Part shown: positions 1-12,100 of the stretch, piece after piece | Layout of the letters: each line of letters starts with the position of its first letter | How positions within the stretch are numbered: the first letter of the stretch is position 1 | DNA from: Psammoneis japonica | Lineage: Eukaryota | Reading direction: 5' to 3' | Assembly (NCBI GenBank): GCA_008632985.1 | Contig: QPGO01000354.1 | Span: 1-44,468 of the forward strand | DNA length: 44,468 nt | The notes under the pieces: model-generated | What the model was told of the DNA's origin: nothing | What the model saw: the letters and a program-made list of their open reading frames with translations, nothing else | Database searches by the model: none | Position numbers and translations under genes: made by a program

Positions 1-719
1 ACAAAGCCTCTCTTGTAGTCCTTGACTAGCGTCTTGTGTGTTTTCTCCAGGTCGTGGTCAACCGATGGATGATTCCCGTATTTAAAATAGGCCTGGAAGT
101 TCTCTTCAGTGTTGTGACCATTGCAGTAGGCTGGAACCCCGTCTAGATGAATACGCCGTAGAGTTTGTATGGTCTTGGGGTCCACCTTCCCCTTCAAAAA
201 GGAAATGATGCAACGAACATGCCGATGTGCTCCGACGTGCGGGCCACCGACCCATCTGACCAATGATGCTAGGTCGCCATCAAAGTGCAATGTCCCTGCT
301 GTAGTCTGGTTAATACGGGTTTGGTTGAGCTCCGCTTCTTCTTCCCAGCCTTTAGGATGTCCCTTGAGAGAGTTAAAATCAACGTCTCCGTATTCCTGAA
401 GGAGACAATGAAGACGCCAAGCATCCGGGACCGTGAGACAAAGGTCCTCCCAGTCCATAACATATCCATCAGATACAGACGAGCTCTCTCCACCGGTGCT
501 AGAAGACAAAAATTCAGACTTCCAAATTGGAAGCAACACATGGCGAAAAGTAGCTTCGGAAGTAAAACATTGACGAACATTGTCCTTGCCGAATGGATTG
601 TCCAATTGAGACCGCACACGGTCAGAGAGATGGTTGCGAACGAACTCTTCTCGTTCAGCCTTCTTCATCGAATTATTAATAGTCGGAACTGGTGCCGGAC
701 TACGTCCTGATGTTGTCAT
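1..719 (-). CDS. N-terminal part of pol (RT-containing ORF) of the DIRS-like element; partial
   Basis: Manual translation from ATG 719 is stop-free to base 1: MTTSGRSPAP...EYGDVDFNSLKG...LHFDGDLASLVRWVGGPHVGAHR...YFKYGNHPSVDHDLEKTHKTLVKDYKRGF. Missing from the ORF track because it has no stop in the window. The true start may be upstream via the 716..967 frame. Confidence 0.65.
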   Translation of the reverse strand, partial: MTTSGRSPAPVPTINNSMKKAEREEFVRNHLSDRVRSQLDNPFGKDNVRQCFTSEATFRHVLLPIWKSEFLSSSTGGESSSVSDGYVMDWEDLCLTVPDAWRLHCLLQEYGDVDFNSLKGHPKGWEEEAELNQTRINQTTAGTLHFDGDLASLVRWVGGPHVGAHRHVRCIISFLKGKVDPKTIQTLRRIHLDGVPAYCNGHNTEENFQAYFKYGNHPSVDHDLEKTHKTLVKDYKRGF

Positions 720-1014
720 TGGAGATAGAACAGGGTAAAACTCGTCAATGTCATCAGACGAAACTGGAGCTGCATCAGGTGCCGCCTGAGCCGCGCCAAC
801 CCCAGGGATACAGAAGCATTCTTGAGGTCTCCAACCCCAAGAGGAGGAATAACATCATCCTCCGTGAACGTAACAGTGTCAGGAGAAGGAATGGCAGCTC
901 CAGAATCCATAATTTTTGCTGGTGGTGCAAGATTAAAGAACACTAGCAACAAAGTTATGTAAGTCAATGATGCATGTCAATGGAACAAATGCCTTAGTTT
1001 ATCACATGATAAGA

Positions 1015-3256
1015 CTAAGAAGACGCACCACTAGGACCCTTTCCTTCAGCAAACGAAAGAGCATTGGACCTCTCAACGAAGTTGATGAGCTCCTTACGTT
1101 TGGCTTCCGGGAGGCTGTGCAGATTTGCCACGTGAGGCTTCTTGCACTTAGAATGGTTGCAACTAAAACCACGAAAAAGGAGCACAAACATTCCTCAGTC
1201 CTGGAGTCAGGTCCCTTCTTTGCCAAAATAGGGATGACAGGGGGCTGGCAAGGGTTGCCGGAGACAACAAGCATGCCAAGCTTCTTGCGGACCTCAATTT
1301 CGTCCGCCGTCAAAGTTGGTGGCGACTTTGGCTTCTTAGCCAGAGACGTGGTAGGATTAGGAGAGTCCGGTGCACGCTTGGTAGTCGTAGAGGACGAGTT
1401 TGATTTCTCGTTAAGCTGGTAGAGGACACACTTGCTCCCAAAAGTTCCGGGAGGGCCATGACCGATGTTGGTCTCCAAATCTTGAATAGATTGGTTAGTG
1501 AGACGCTCGGAGATATCGAGAGCCCGCACGCTGATATCCTGAGATGTACGGATCGCTTCACGGCATTGAGGAATACTTCCAAGCTGGGCAAAGGTACGGA
1601 TGATAGTCTGGATATCATTCAACATGTTGGCAGCAATCTCACGAGTGTTTCCGTTGCTCGTGATCCACTGCTTTCCAATCTCTCCAAAAGCAACCAAGCA
1701 GCATCGAGTTAGCTGCTGCCAAATGAAAGTATCATCAAAGTTCTCAATGAGAGCACTGAACACAAGCCTGAAGTTACTCAGGGCTGCGACCACGTCCGAG
1801 GAATCCTGGGCACGACCGTAGGTGTATAGGATGGACTTCTTGGTCGACTCGGCAGTCGTGGTCTTGGAGTCAGCATTCATAGAGTGGTTACTGTACTCCT
1901 GACCTTCCTCGGCGATCTTCTTGGTATATTCCGAAGTATCCATGTAGGGAGTAAGGAAGTTGAGAAGGTTAATCCTTGATAAAAAGGTAGTAACGGACGC
2001 GTTCGGGGGTTGATCCACGAACTTGAAGCAGCAGATTCCGTCCACGAAAGCCTTGTTGATACAAGCAGGACAAAGGGTCACTACTTGGTCAGAGATGTTC
2101 ATCGATTTTTTCCCATTGAGAGCCGCAGTGACGATCTCGTGGATGAGACGAGCCCGTTCGGTATCACTAGACTCTTGAAGGGCTTCGATAAAAACTTGTT
2201 TGAGTTGCCCCAGTGCGATGGTGTCAGATCCAACCGCCTTGTGGCAGAACATGAGGGAGAAACGGGCAACAATGTCATTAGCCCTCTTCTTGAGGTCCCT
2301 GTCCTTCTTGGATTCGGGGCCTCCACTTGAACAGCAATGGGAGCGTGAGCAGCGGCTCCTTGAGCTGGGGCACCATTTGCGGGATTAGCCGGTTGGCCCA
2401 TCGGAATTGTGGCACCTAGCACCTGCCAGGTCGTATCCAAAAATGTCTTGATGGTGGTTTGGACACGACGGTAGCTATCCGAAAAAGGTGCGACTGCCTG
2501 AAAATTGTTGTCGCAGAAGTTGTAAATGTTGAGACCGATAAAGTCATCAACAACTTGGAGGCCGTCCGCAGCTTGGTCAAAAAGAGGTCCGCCTTCATTT
2601 AGAGAGCAGCTAGTGTTATGCTGTTGGACATAAGCGACGCTTTTTGCCACATGTCAAGTGCAGGGAAGTTGGCCGCCATCGTAGGATAGTTCCCACCGGG
2701 AATAAAGTCCAAGAAGGGCAGGAGCAGCCTGGAGGTGCGGGGAATGCCATCGGAAGAGCAGCAATAACCGGTTGATCATCTTGAGTAGCAGGGTCACCAA
2801 AATGGAGACGCTCGAGGGACGCCGCATCTTGATTACCATCCGCAAGAAGTGGACCTTCAACATCGTCCGGAGGAGTCTCGGCATGAGGTAGGTTGTACGT
2901 GACAACGTCCTCACGACGTACGAGGGTTACGAAGTGTCCTGGAAACGTTGGTGAGTACCTGACATGGGGACGTCGTCCCCGATAGTATCAGAAAAGTTCA
3001 ACAGGAACTTGACTTGGTTCCCATCGTTGACAAAGGGAATCAGCTTTGTAACGGGGATGATGCGGCCCTCATAGAACATGAGGAATTGGTCGAACTGACC
3101 GTAGACATGGTCGGTAAGAGTGCCGTTGGTGGCATCGCGATGGAGGACCAGCTTGGACTGGTTAAGAGTAAACTCAGACTGTGTTCCTGATTGGGAATGA
3201 TGCTTGACAGGAGAAGCTTTACCGCGCTCAATGGCGGCAAGGATGTTGGCGGCCAT
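1015..3256 (-). pseudogene. gag-like ORF1 of the DIRS-like element, broken by several frameshifts
   Basis: Consecutive minus ORF pieces 2927..3256, 2099..2650 and 1002..2252. A frame switch near 1175 gives LC..FRGFSCNHSKCKKPH (CCCH-type finger) and a TAG at 1015-1017. Confidence 0.55.
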
Positions 3257-3929
3257 GGTGGGTCAGAGGCTTGGAAGGAGATGAAGAAGCTGAATGCAAA
3301 AAGGCAAAACCGGGGTTTTGTGAGAGGAAATGAGTTTTTCGAGCGAGGATTTCGACGTAGAATCACGTTGAAAAATCCTGCCGAAGACTCGTGGGTAAGT
3401 CAGTGAGATCTGCTTTACATGACCAGGGTCGTGTGAGCGCAGGTCTACAAGACCAAGTAGTAGACGGAGTATCGTCAAATTTTGACGAACGGAAAGAAAA
3501 TGGAGGGATTTCTGAGCACCGGTCTAAGAGTTTGAAAATCGGGGGAGTTGTGGTCGCGATTTTTGGGCGGGAGGACGTAAGATACGTAGATAGTGTACCA
3601 ATTACGGATTGGGATAGAATGCTTATGGAATCTCCCGGATAAGGTGATTGATCATGAAGATATATATAAGATTGTATCAAACAATGTGCATTGATATTTG
3701 CGTCGAAATTGGAAAAAAGAGGATATCTCGCCTAAGTGCAAAGAATATAAATTCTTACATGTCATAATATGTAGTGAGAATGATTCATGTGAAACCGTTA
3801 CAACGGCCAGAATATTGTATATATGTGAGTATATATAAGATAGATATGAGATCGGTGAACGCAATGGCGGGTGACGAAAGGAAGAGAAAATGACGGTGTG
3901 AAGGCCGATTTTTTGGTAACCTGACAATA

Positions 3930-4410
3930 CAGGGTGGTAGACCTAAGTAACAATAGGCTACATTGATCATATACTCATGTTCTGATATTGAGATCAGATG
4001 AAACGAGGGAATTGTAGTAATGTTTTTGATCAACTGGCTTGTGGATATAATCCAGATCCAGCATAATCAAAGAGAGAAAATTGGCAGATACAGAGCATCC
4101 AATCAATAGAAGGTGTTTATGCCTAGACAGTGACAGGCTATGTAGACAATATACTCGAGTTCTGATATGAGATCAGATGAAACGAGGCAGATTATAATTC
4201 AATCCCGGTCAGTTGGCTTGCGGAGGTTATCCGGATCCAGAATGATCAAAGGGGTGTTTGCGGCGCAGGAGTAATCCCGTTTGCCAAAAACAAAACACCG
4301 GACTGTATTGTTCGCACTCTGATAAGATAAGTCAAGAGTAGCGAGAGCAGTACAGGCATCATGCACAATCGGTTTGGCTTGCGGAACATTTCCGGATCCA
4401 AATCGACGGC
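3930..4410 (+). repeat. three diverged tandem units (~160-180 bp), each able to form three hairpins; candidate structured RNA
   Basis: Anchors TCTGATA at 3981/4161/4318 and TGGCTTG at 4035/4214/4375; stems retained through compensatory changes. Confidence 0.75.
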
Positions 4411-4635
4411 TGATTCATCATGGTTTTACAGGCTCTGAAGATAGTCAAGCCAATCCATGGACATCAATTGGCACCAAAGTACAACTTATGGGCGATTGTG
4501 TAAGGCATGCCAATCGGCAGAAACGACATTTTCAGCATTGTCGGCCCATGTCGGGTCGACGCAACTGATCCCATCGTCACTGGTAGTCCGCCAAACACAA
4601 TGAGGGGAACTGGGGCGGCCTCTCATCGTCGTCCA

Positions 4636-4663
4636 TCTGTCTGTCTGTCTGTCTGTCTGTCTG
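4636..4663. repeat. (TCTG)7 microsatellite
   Basis: Read directly. Confidence 0.95.
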
Positions 4664-5194
4664 CCTTCTACTGCGCGCTACTATCGCGCGGTGACTCCTC
4701 CAAGAACTCAGCCGCCCACAAGGTATCCTCTCCTTGTGCTGGGCCTACTGTACCGTCTTGGCTCTGAGATTCTACCCCGGTTGGCAGACAGACCAATCCA
4801 TCCGCACGCGTTCACGCACACACAATATAATCGTCTGTCTCTGGCCCTGCTCCACGCAAGCCAAGTCTACTGCTACATATCTACACAGGATTGCTGGTCT
4901 TCTACAGTTCTACAAGCTCCACGAGGATGACTGTGAGAGGAAGTAATTTGTGATTACAGCCTACGTTGGGGCAAGGGTGCATTTCCCATGTTTGTTCATC
5001 CCTCCACAGCGCCTGATCGGGTCATCCAACCGACATAAAATAAGAAAGGTTCAGAGGTCTTGTCCACCTCTTGTTAGCTTGTCAGAAGGGGTTTTTAACC
5101 CGTTTTGCACGTAGAATTCTATGGGCCCAATGTGACAAGGAGTCTCACCTAGAACTGGAACCCTGTCTGGTTCCAACACCCACTCAGTTGCACC

Positions 5195-8100
5195 ATGGTC
5201 CTCACCAGGCAGCAACAAATTGATGGCTTTGAGCACATTTTAGGCACTGTTCTGAATCAAGCTGCAGATAGTCCATTGCGCTCCGCCCTCAGCATTGACG
5301 GCACTGACTCATGCCAGGATCTCTTCACTTTTACTCTGACGCAACTGGATGCCCTGGTTTACAACAAAGCACAGATAGCTGTGTTGATTAGCATGTACAT
5401 GGTAAAAGCACATGGCAGCACCAATGTTGGCAATGACCCCAACTTGTTCACACATGAGGAGTTTGCTGACTGTCGTCTTAGTCCTGAGTGCGTAGCATCC
5501 CTCTCCATTGGCACGGCGCCATCTGCTCCCACTCCAGGCTCATCACCCCCCAAACCCCGTGACCCCGTGTGACTGTAAACAAGAAATCAAATGTGACCCA
5601 CTTGCCTTCACAACTCTTAAGTCCAACAAACAGTGGCACATGTGGCACACCTCTGTCATTGTCCAGGCCCACTCGTGGGACGTTGACTGCATCCTCGATC
5701 TGACATACATGCCCTCTACAGTTGAGGACAAGGCCCTGTTTGATGAACAACAGAAGCACATGTTCACTGGATTCCAACACATCTTGTAGAACAACAAAGG
5801 CAATGCACTTGTGCGTGAACATGTCAGCTCCTCTGATGCTCAAGCAGTGTGTTGAAACCTGTCCAAGTGCACCCTTGCATCTGCTTGCACATCCCTGGAG
5901 TCCTCGACCCTTCTCACATACCTCACCACTGCTCGCCTCAGTGATGGCACCTGGAAAGGCTCCACCCATGCCTTCACACTTCACTGGCAGGACCAACTTT
6001 GCAAGTGTGAAGCTCTTGTCCTGAGTGCGGACCACTTCTCTGCTGGCCAGAAATGTGTCATGCTTGAGAACGCCGTCCAACATCAGCCCGCTCCTCCGCT
6101 TTCAATGGTGGGAACCCGTGCACTACCACCTGGATGATTCGGACTGGCCATCTGAATCTGGTGAATTTTGTGGTCACTTTGTTGGCATTGCCGAACACAT
6201 CAGTCATCAAATGACATTCAAGATTCTTTTTGATGACACTCAGAAGATTCTTTCTCCTGATAAGGAATCTGCTGAACCCATCATCAAATCCCAACACAAC
6301 TCCAAGGATTCACCAGATTAACCAGATGGGGAGGCAATCAGGATGCCCAAAATGCAGGTCTTTGACCCCAAGGACATCATCGGATGCACCTTCCTCATGA
6401 AGCCACAAGAGGATGGACAACGCCACAGAGCCGGCATCGTCAAAGCCGTTGAAGACTATGACTGGAAAGTCGGAGACAACCCGGAACTGGTCAAGTTCAT
6501 TTCCTCCATCAACAATGATGAATACGAGGAAGTCCTTTCCCACAATGACATCATGCACCACATCAAGCAAGAAGACGAGGATTCTACCCTCTGGAAGTTC
6601 CGATGCATTTTCTCACATGAAGGACCATTGAGACCTCATGATCCTTCCTGGAAAGGCTCAAGTTACAATGTCATTCTTGAATGGGAGAATGGGGAGATCA
6701 TGTCCAAACCCCTTGCCATCATTGCCAAGGATGACCCCGTCACCTGTGCCATCTATGCGCGTGAGCACGGCCTTCTAGAAACTGAAGGATGGAGACGTTT
6801 TTGCAAGATAGCCCTTCATCAGAAGAAGCTGTTCCGCATGGCCAACCAAGCCAAGTTACGCTCCTTTCGTACTGTGCCACGATACAAGTATGGGCATGAA
6901 GTGCCACGGGACTACAAGCATGCCATGGCCCTTGATGAGTGCAATGGTGACCGCAAGTGGGGAGACGCAACGGACCTCGAGATGACTCAGATTGATGAGT
7001 GCAAGGTCTTCCATGACTGTGGACATTGCAAGGACTCCAGCACTCCATCAGGACACAAGAAGATTGGGGTGCATCTCGTCTGCAACGTCAAACACGATGG
7101 ATGGCACAAAGCATGACTTGTTGCCAATGGACACCTCACCGATGTGCCCATCGACAGCGTCCATTCTGGAGCAGTGTCTCTCCATGGCATGCAAATGATG
7201 ATCTTCCTGGCCGAACTCAACGAACTAGAGACTTGGGCGACCGACATCGGGAATGCCTACCTTGAAGCTACGACCAAGGAGAAACTGTGCGTCATTGCTG
7301 TTCCCGAATTTGGCAAGCTAGAAGGACACATCCTTGTCATACAAAAGGCCTTGTACAGACTCCGCAGCTCTGGCATCAGGTGGCATGAACGCTTTGCCGA
7401 TTGCTTGCATGCCAAAGGTTTCTTCCCATGCAAAGCCGAACCCGACATCTGGCTGCATAGGAATGGTGACCACTGCGAGCACGTGGCAGTGTATGTGGAC
7501 GACCTGGCCTTCGCCATGAAGAATCCCCAGGCTTTTGTGGAAACTCTCATGGAGAAGTACAAGTTCAAGCTCAAGGGCACTGGACCACTGGAGTTCCATC
7601 TTGGTTGTGACTTCACCCGTGATCCAGATGGCACCCTGTGCCTTGCTCCTCGCAAGTACATTGAGTTCATGGTTGACAACTGTGCACGTCTCTTTGGGGA
7701 GAAGCCCTGCACTGATGTGCTTTCACCTCTTGACAAGGGAGACCACCCTGAGCTTGACACCTCCGAATTACTCAGACCGGATGGCATCCACCAATTCCAT
7801 TCCCTGATTGGCTCCCTGCAATGGGCTGTGTCCCTTGGTCGCATCTGCGGATTCCTCTCCAAGATGCGTCATGGTGCCCTCCGAGTGTGCACCGAGGAGA
7901 CCGACTGTTTGGACCTTCCCATGAATGTGTACGATGGAGCCCAATCTGTCTATGGGGAGTTGGAAGAGCTGCTCCCACAAGATGCACCCAAGCCACTTGG
8001 CAAGTTTGTCACCACGACACACTATGTTGATGCGAACTTGTTCCATTGCATGCTCACCGGACGCTCTGTCACCGGCATCCTTCATTTCCTCAAAAAGTTT

Positions 8101-8566
8101 CCAGCTGATTGGTTTTCCAATAAACAGGCAACAGTTGAGACTGCCACATATGGATCTGAGTTTGTTGCCGCAAGGACATGCGTTGAGCAGATCATTGATC
8201 TGCGCATGTCACTTTACGTTACCTTGGCGTCCCCATTCATGAGAAACATGTTACATGTTCGGGGATGACAAGTCGGTTGTGGATAGTGCTGCCATCCCGC
8301 ACTCCAAGTTACACAAGCAACACATCACCCTCTTGTTCCACCATGTATGTGAGGCGATTGCCTCCAGTTTCCTCAAGTTTCATTTCATCGAAGGTTCTCG
8401 CTACCCACCAGCTGACATCCTCAGCAAGCACTGGGGTTACTCCCAGGTCTGGAACCTCCTTCATCCTCTAATGTTTTGGAACTTCGATCCTGAGGCTTTC
8501 AACCAATCTGACCTCGAATCTATCGCTGTTGACCCCTCAAGCAAACTGGGGAGTGACAGGATTTGA
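5195..8566 (+). pseudogene. gag-pol remnant of Copia copy A
   Basis: ORF pieces 5195..5572, 6343..7116, 7144..8268 and 8255..8566 match copy B, with stops, frameshifts and deletions. Confidence 0.9.
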
Positions 8567-8797
8567 ACAAGATTTTAGTTTATCACACATAATTATGTGT
8601 GCTCTTAGTTCGTCCGCGCGCGCGATGCAGTTTGCTTTCGAGCCACTCGGCTCACAAGAATAATGACAGTAGTCCCGACATCAATGACACCAGTCTTTTG
8701 GCTCCTGTAACGGTCTCTGCATGGAGACTCATCTGCTATTTAGACAGCAGCAAGGAGTTGTTGTTTTCTTCCACCCAGTCATCTTCAATTTCTGTCA
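8554..8797 (+). repeat. 3' LTR (at least its 5' part) of Copia family 1
   Basis: Starts TGACAGGA right after the PPT; matches 16535-16779; clear similarity ends at TTCTGTCA, an imperfect inverted copy of the start. Confidence 0.8.
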
Positions 8798-8842
8798 GAC
8801 GCACAATCTTGTCCTGCTCAATTAATGATGGACTTGCCGTTG

Positions 8843-9026
8843 TGAATAAATGCTACCATGATAGCTAAGAATTGGGTGTAAGACAAGACAGAGTGTTGAA
8901 CAGCATCAACAGGTTCTAGAATTGTGAGATGTTATGCTGCTGGGACCACTAAACAAGCAATGGAGGACCAATCGCCAACAGTGCATAAACTGCTTATATT
9001 CGTGACAGTATATCAGCATTTATTCA
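8843..9026 (-). repeat. 3' LTR of Copia family 2 (184 bp)
   Basis: Direct repeat of 15364-15538; TG...CA with 9-bp inverted termini. Confidence 0.95.
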
Positions 9027-9177
9027 GTCCCCTTGAACTGACACTAGCTCCGCTCGGGCCAGATCGACAGACAAATGCAACCTGATGCTGCCCTATTCCA
9101 GGGTGGTATTTTCATTTTGGGGATGGGAAAAGCCACACCTGCGCAGCAAACCCGTTCAGTTTGTCCCCTTTTGGGAC

Positions 9178-12100
9178 TCACCATAGGACATGACTTATGA
9201 TTTCCCGGAGCTTCGGTCCATGCAACAACTTAGTTAGTATGTCTGCTAAATTCGTGCGTCCGTCTTCCCAAGCAATGCGCACTATTCCGGCGGCTTGTGC
9301 CTCACGAGTCCTGTGACAGGCAATTGCATTGTGCTTCTTCTTTAAAGTGGACTCTGGTTTAGTTGAGTTCTTGAAGACAGCTTCATTGTTGCAGAAAACG
9401 TTAGTGGCCCCATCCATGGGGATTCCGAGCATCCGAAGTTTGTAATGCAAGGCTTCAATTTGCTCCACTGCAGTCTTCATAGCCACGAACTCCGACCCAA
9501 AAGTAGAGGACTCTATGGTGTTCTGCCGCTTAGAGTGACACAAGATGGGCGCTCGTTGGATAAATATCAGGATCCCAGTATGGGGACCTGCGTGTCACAT
9601 GGCATCTGGCGTGATCAGCATCGACAAAGCAAGTAGTGGTTATGCTGTTCCCGTGTGCCTCCAGCACATTTGGCGGCATTGGTTCAGCCACGCCAGGGTA
9701 ATATTCTTCCCAATCGCATTTGGTAAAACGACTCTCGTCAAAGACAGGCTCAGTGTCGTCGAACACTAGCGCAGACTTAGAGTGAGCCTTCAAGCATGCG
9801 AAGATATGGAGCACCTCGTCCAGGTGTCCAACTCGTGGTGCCACTAAGTAGGAGGACGTGAGCGAGACAGCAACAAAAATGTCCACCCGCCCTAGTTCAA
9901 CTACCCATCATAGCACACCAATAAGGCCTTGGCAGCAGTTAGCCGTTTTGGCGTTCAACTCAGGTGAACCGTCCAGTTCAGGCCTATGTCCCGAGCTCAA
10001 GGGCGTCGATGCCTTCGTCGGAAGACGCCCATCAGTTTTTCTTAAGCTCTAATTCGACATCAGCTAATGCCCTTTTGACATAAAGGTCAGAGGACATAGC
10101 CCAACGTGTCTTACTGTCCGAGTCAGACAGCTGGCACTTTCTGATCTGGGCGCCTAAGTACTCTTCTGGCTCGCAGACACTTCCATCCTTGAGCGTGTAC
10201 CTAGAGCTCATATAATCCATGACCTTCTGAGGTTCATGGGAGACACACAACAAGTCGTCCATGTAGACAAGTACATGTTCCCAGCACTTGAAGCCATCCG
10301 GCTTAACCGCAGCTCGCATCCAGACATCCGGGTCAGCCTTACAAGACTCAAACCCAGCATCACGCAAAGTAGCTGCCACATGTTCCCTAAACCTTGCACC
10401 TGAAGACTTGAGACCGTGCAAGGTACGGACAATAATCACTGGCCTTCCCTCATTATGCTTCCCAAATTCCAGGCCAGCAGCAGTGTGACACTTTTCCTTA
10501 GTGTGTGCATTCAAGTAGGCATTCTGAACGTCAGCACTCAGGACCTCCAGGTCATTCAGAGCTGCCACAGTGAATGCCATCCTAACGCTGTCACGCGACA
10601 CCACGCTGGAATAGGTCAATTCCTTGGGTGGATCGGTTTGATGGCCTCTGGCCACAAACCTCGCTTTACGTTGGAGGGTGCTCTTGATGTCAAAGATCAT
10701 ATGACAATCAACATGTTTGTACCCGACCGGCACAGTATCGTCATCGCGGAATTCGAACGCAGGCATGACGTTACGCATTTCCTTCTCAATGGCCTTGAAC
10801 CAGAAGTCAGTCCCCATTCTGTTATCTATCTCCATAGCTTCCTTAACAGATTTCGGGAGTTCAATTCCGAACTTATGCGCACGTTTCCAGTAACGCGACT
10901 TGACTTTCTTCAGGATCCTTGACCTGCAACGCAAGACGTCTCGGACCCACCAGTTAAAAGCTGGTTCACCAGCTACTTTGTTCGCCACAGCGTACTCAGC
11001 AACCTCGACTGGGTTGGATTCCTTCAAATCCTTGAGAGGAACCCAGGATGTAGTCCCATCCTTCCATTCAACTTGCAGGTCCCAGCCTACGGTCATCCTC
11101 CAAGGAGCACGCCTACAGGTCTTAGTCGTTATGTACCCGTCATCAGCCGTTACGGCACGGGCATCACGTCGGTGATCGACTATCTCCTTCATAATCTGGT
11201 GGGCATTCCCTTCAGAGTCGATCTGAGCGAATAGGCTCTCTGCAATTACATTAGCAGCACAGGAATCAGTGGATCCGTCAGGAAATTCCACATCGTGTGT
11301 CCTCGAGTCTAGGACAGGGTTGTCGTTCCTAGCACCAATAGGAATGCCATCGCCATCTCGTTTGCGTGCAATGACCCTAGCATGAGTCAGCTTGCCTCCG
11401 CGTGGTAACATGACTTGAGCTGTGAGATACTCATCTAGCCCCTCCGGGGTGTGCTCATCAGCTTCCGGTTTGGAAGCGTCGGGTTCCACGGGTTCAACGG
11501 CATCGTCCCATTCGTCCATGAAGTTGTCAGGGAGTTCAGGGAAATCAGCACTGGCATCCTGTTCCAGGATGTTAAGCCGTTCGATCAAAGCTTGATCGAC
11601 CGATGCAAGATCCGTCTGGATTGCCAGAGTTTTAAGGTCATCCTCCGGTGTGGCCCATGCATCCTTCCGAATGATGGGTTTGCCTGATTCGGGCAAAACA
11701 ATAAATGCCATGTCATCAGTGCAATTGTCAGCCACTCCGAGCCAACGGCCAATGCACTTCTTCTCGTGTGGGAACTACGCCACAGGCATGCAGTAATAGA
11801 CAGGTTGACACCAATCAAAGAGAGAGGGACGAAATGTCAGGTGTTGAACCTGTCACCTCCTCTTCTGGGACTCGTCCTCCCACATCCGACATGCCATTTG
11901 CAATCATGCATCGGATGTCGCATATCCATTTGGCACCATAGGACCAAAGTCGCCTGTGAGCACCAGTCCGGTGTAGAGTCACGCGGACTCTCTTCTTCAA
12001 CTCATGAATGGATGCCTCGGCTGGGTTCTGCCAGGGGCTGTACGGGGTGGACACCTCCTGGTGTATCCTGTGTTCCTTGCAAATCTCTTTGGTCTGGCCT

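Larger units (their letters stand above)
1..4410 (-). mobile_element. 5' portion of a tyrosine-recombinase (DIRS-like) retrotransposon, cut by the left window edge
   Basis: Minus-strand gag-like ORF ending in a CCCH finger, followed by an open frame with LHFDGDLASLVRWVGGPHVGAHR and YGNHPS, which I recognise from the RT-proximal region of diatom DIRS-like elements. RT core and recombinase would lie outside the window. Right boundary approximate. Confidence 0.6.
4763..8797 (+). mobile_element. Ty1/Copia LTR retrotransposon, diatom CoDi-type family 1, copy A (internally deleted, decayed)
   Basis: Collinear with 25076-31072; gag start MVLTRQQQIDG, RT motifs DIGNAYL and YVDD, RNase H ADILSKHW, PPT GGGGAG 8548-8553 then LTR. 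About 2 kb (protease and most of integrase) is missing at ~6079. 5' boundary uncertain. Confidence 0.9.

Noticed and set aside
3981..4190. Hammerhead ribozyme suggested by CTGAT...GAAAC
   Set aside because: The required CUGANGA core is absent (CTGATAT), and CTGAT is paired with ATCAG in a stem.
3930..4410. CRISPR-like array
   Set aside because: Units are long and homologous throughout, with no short identical repeats, unique spacers or cas genes; the context is eukaryotic.
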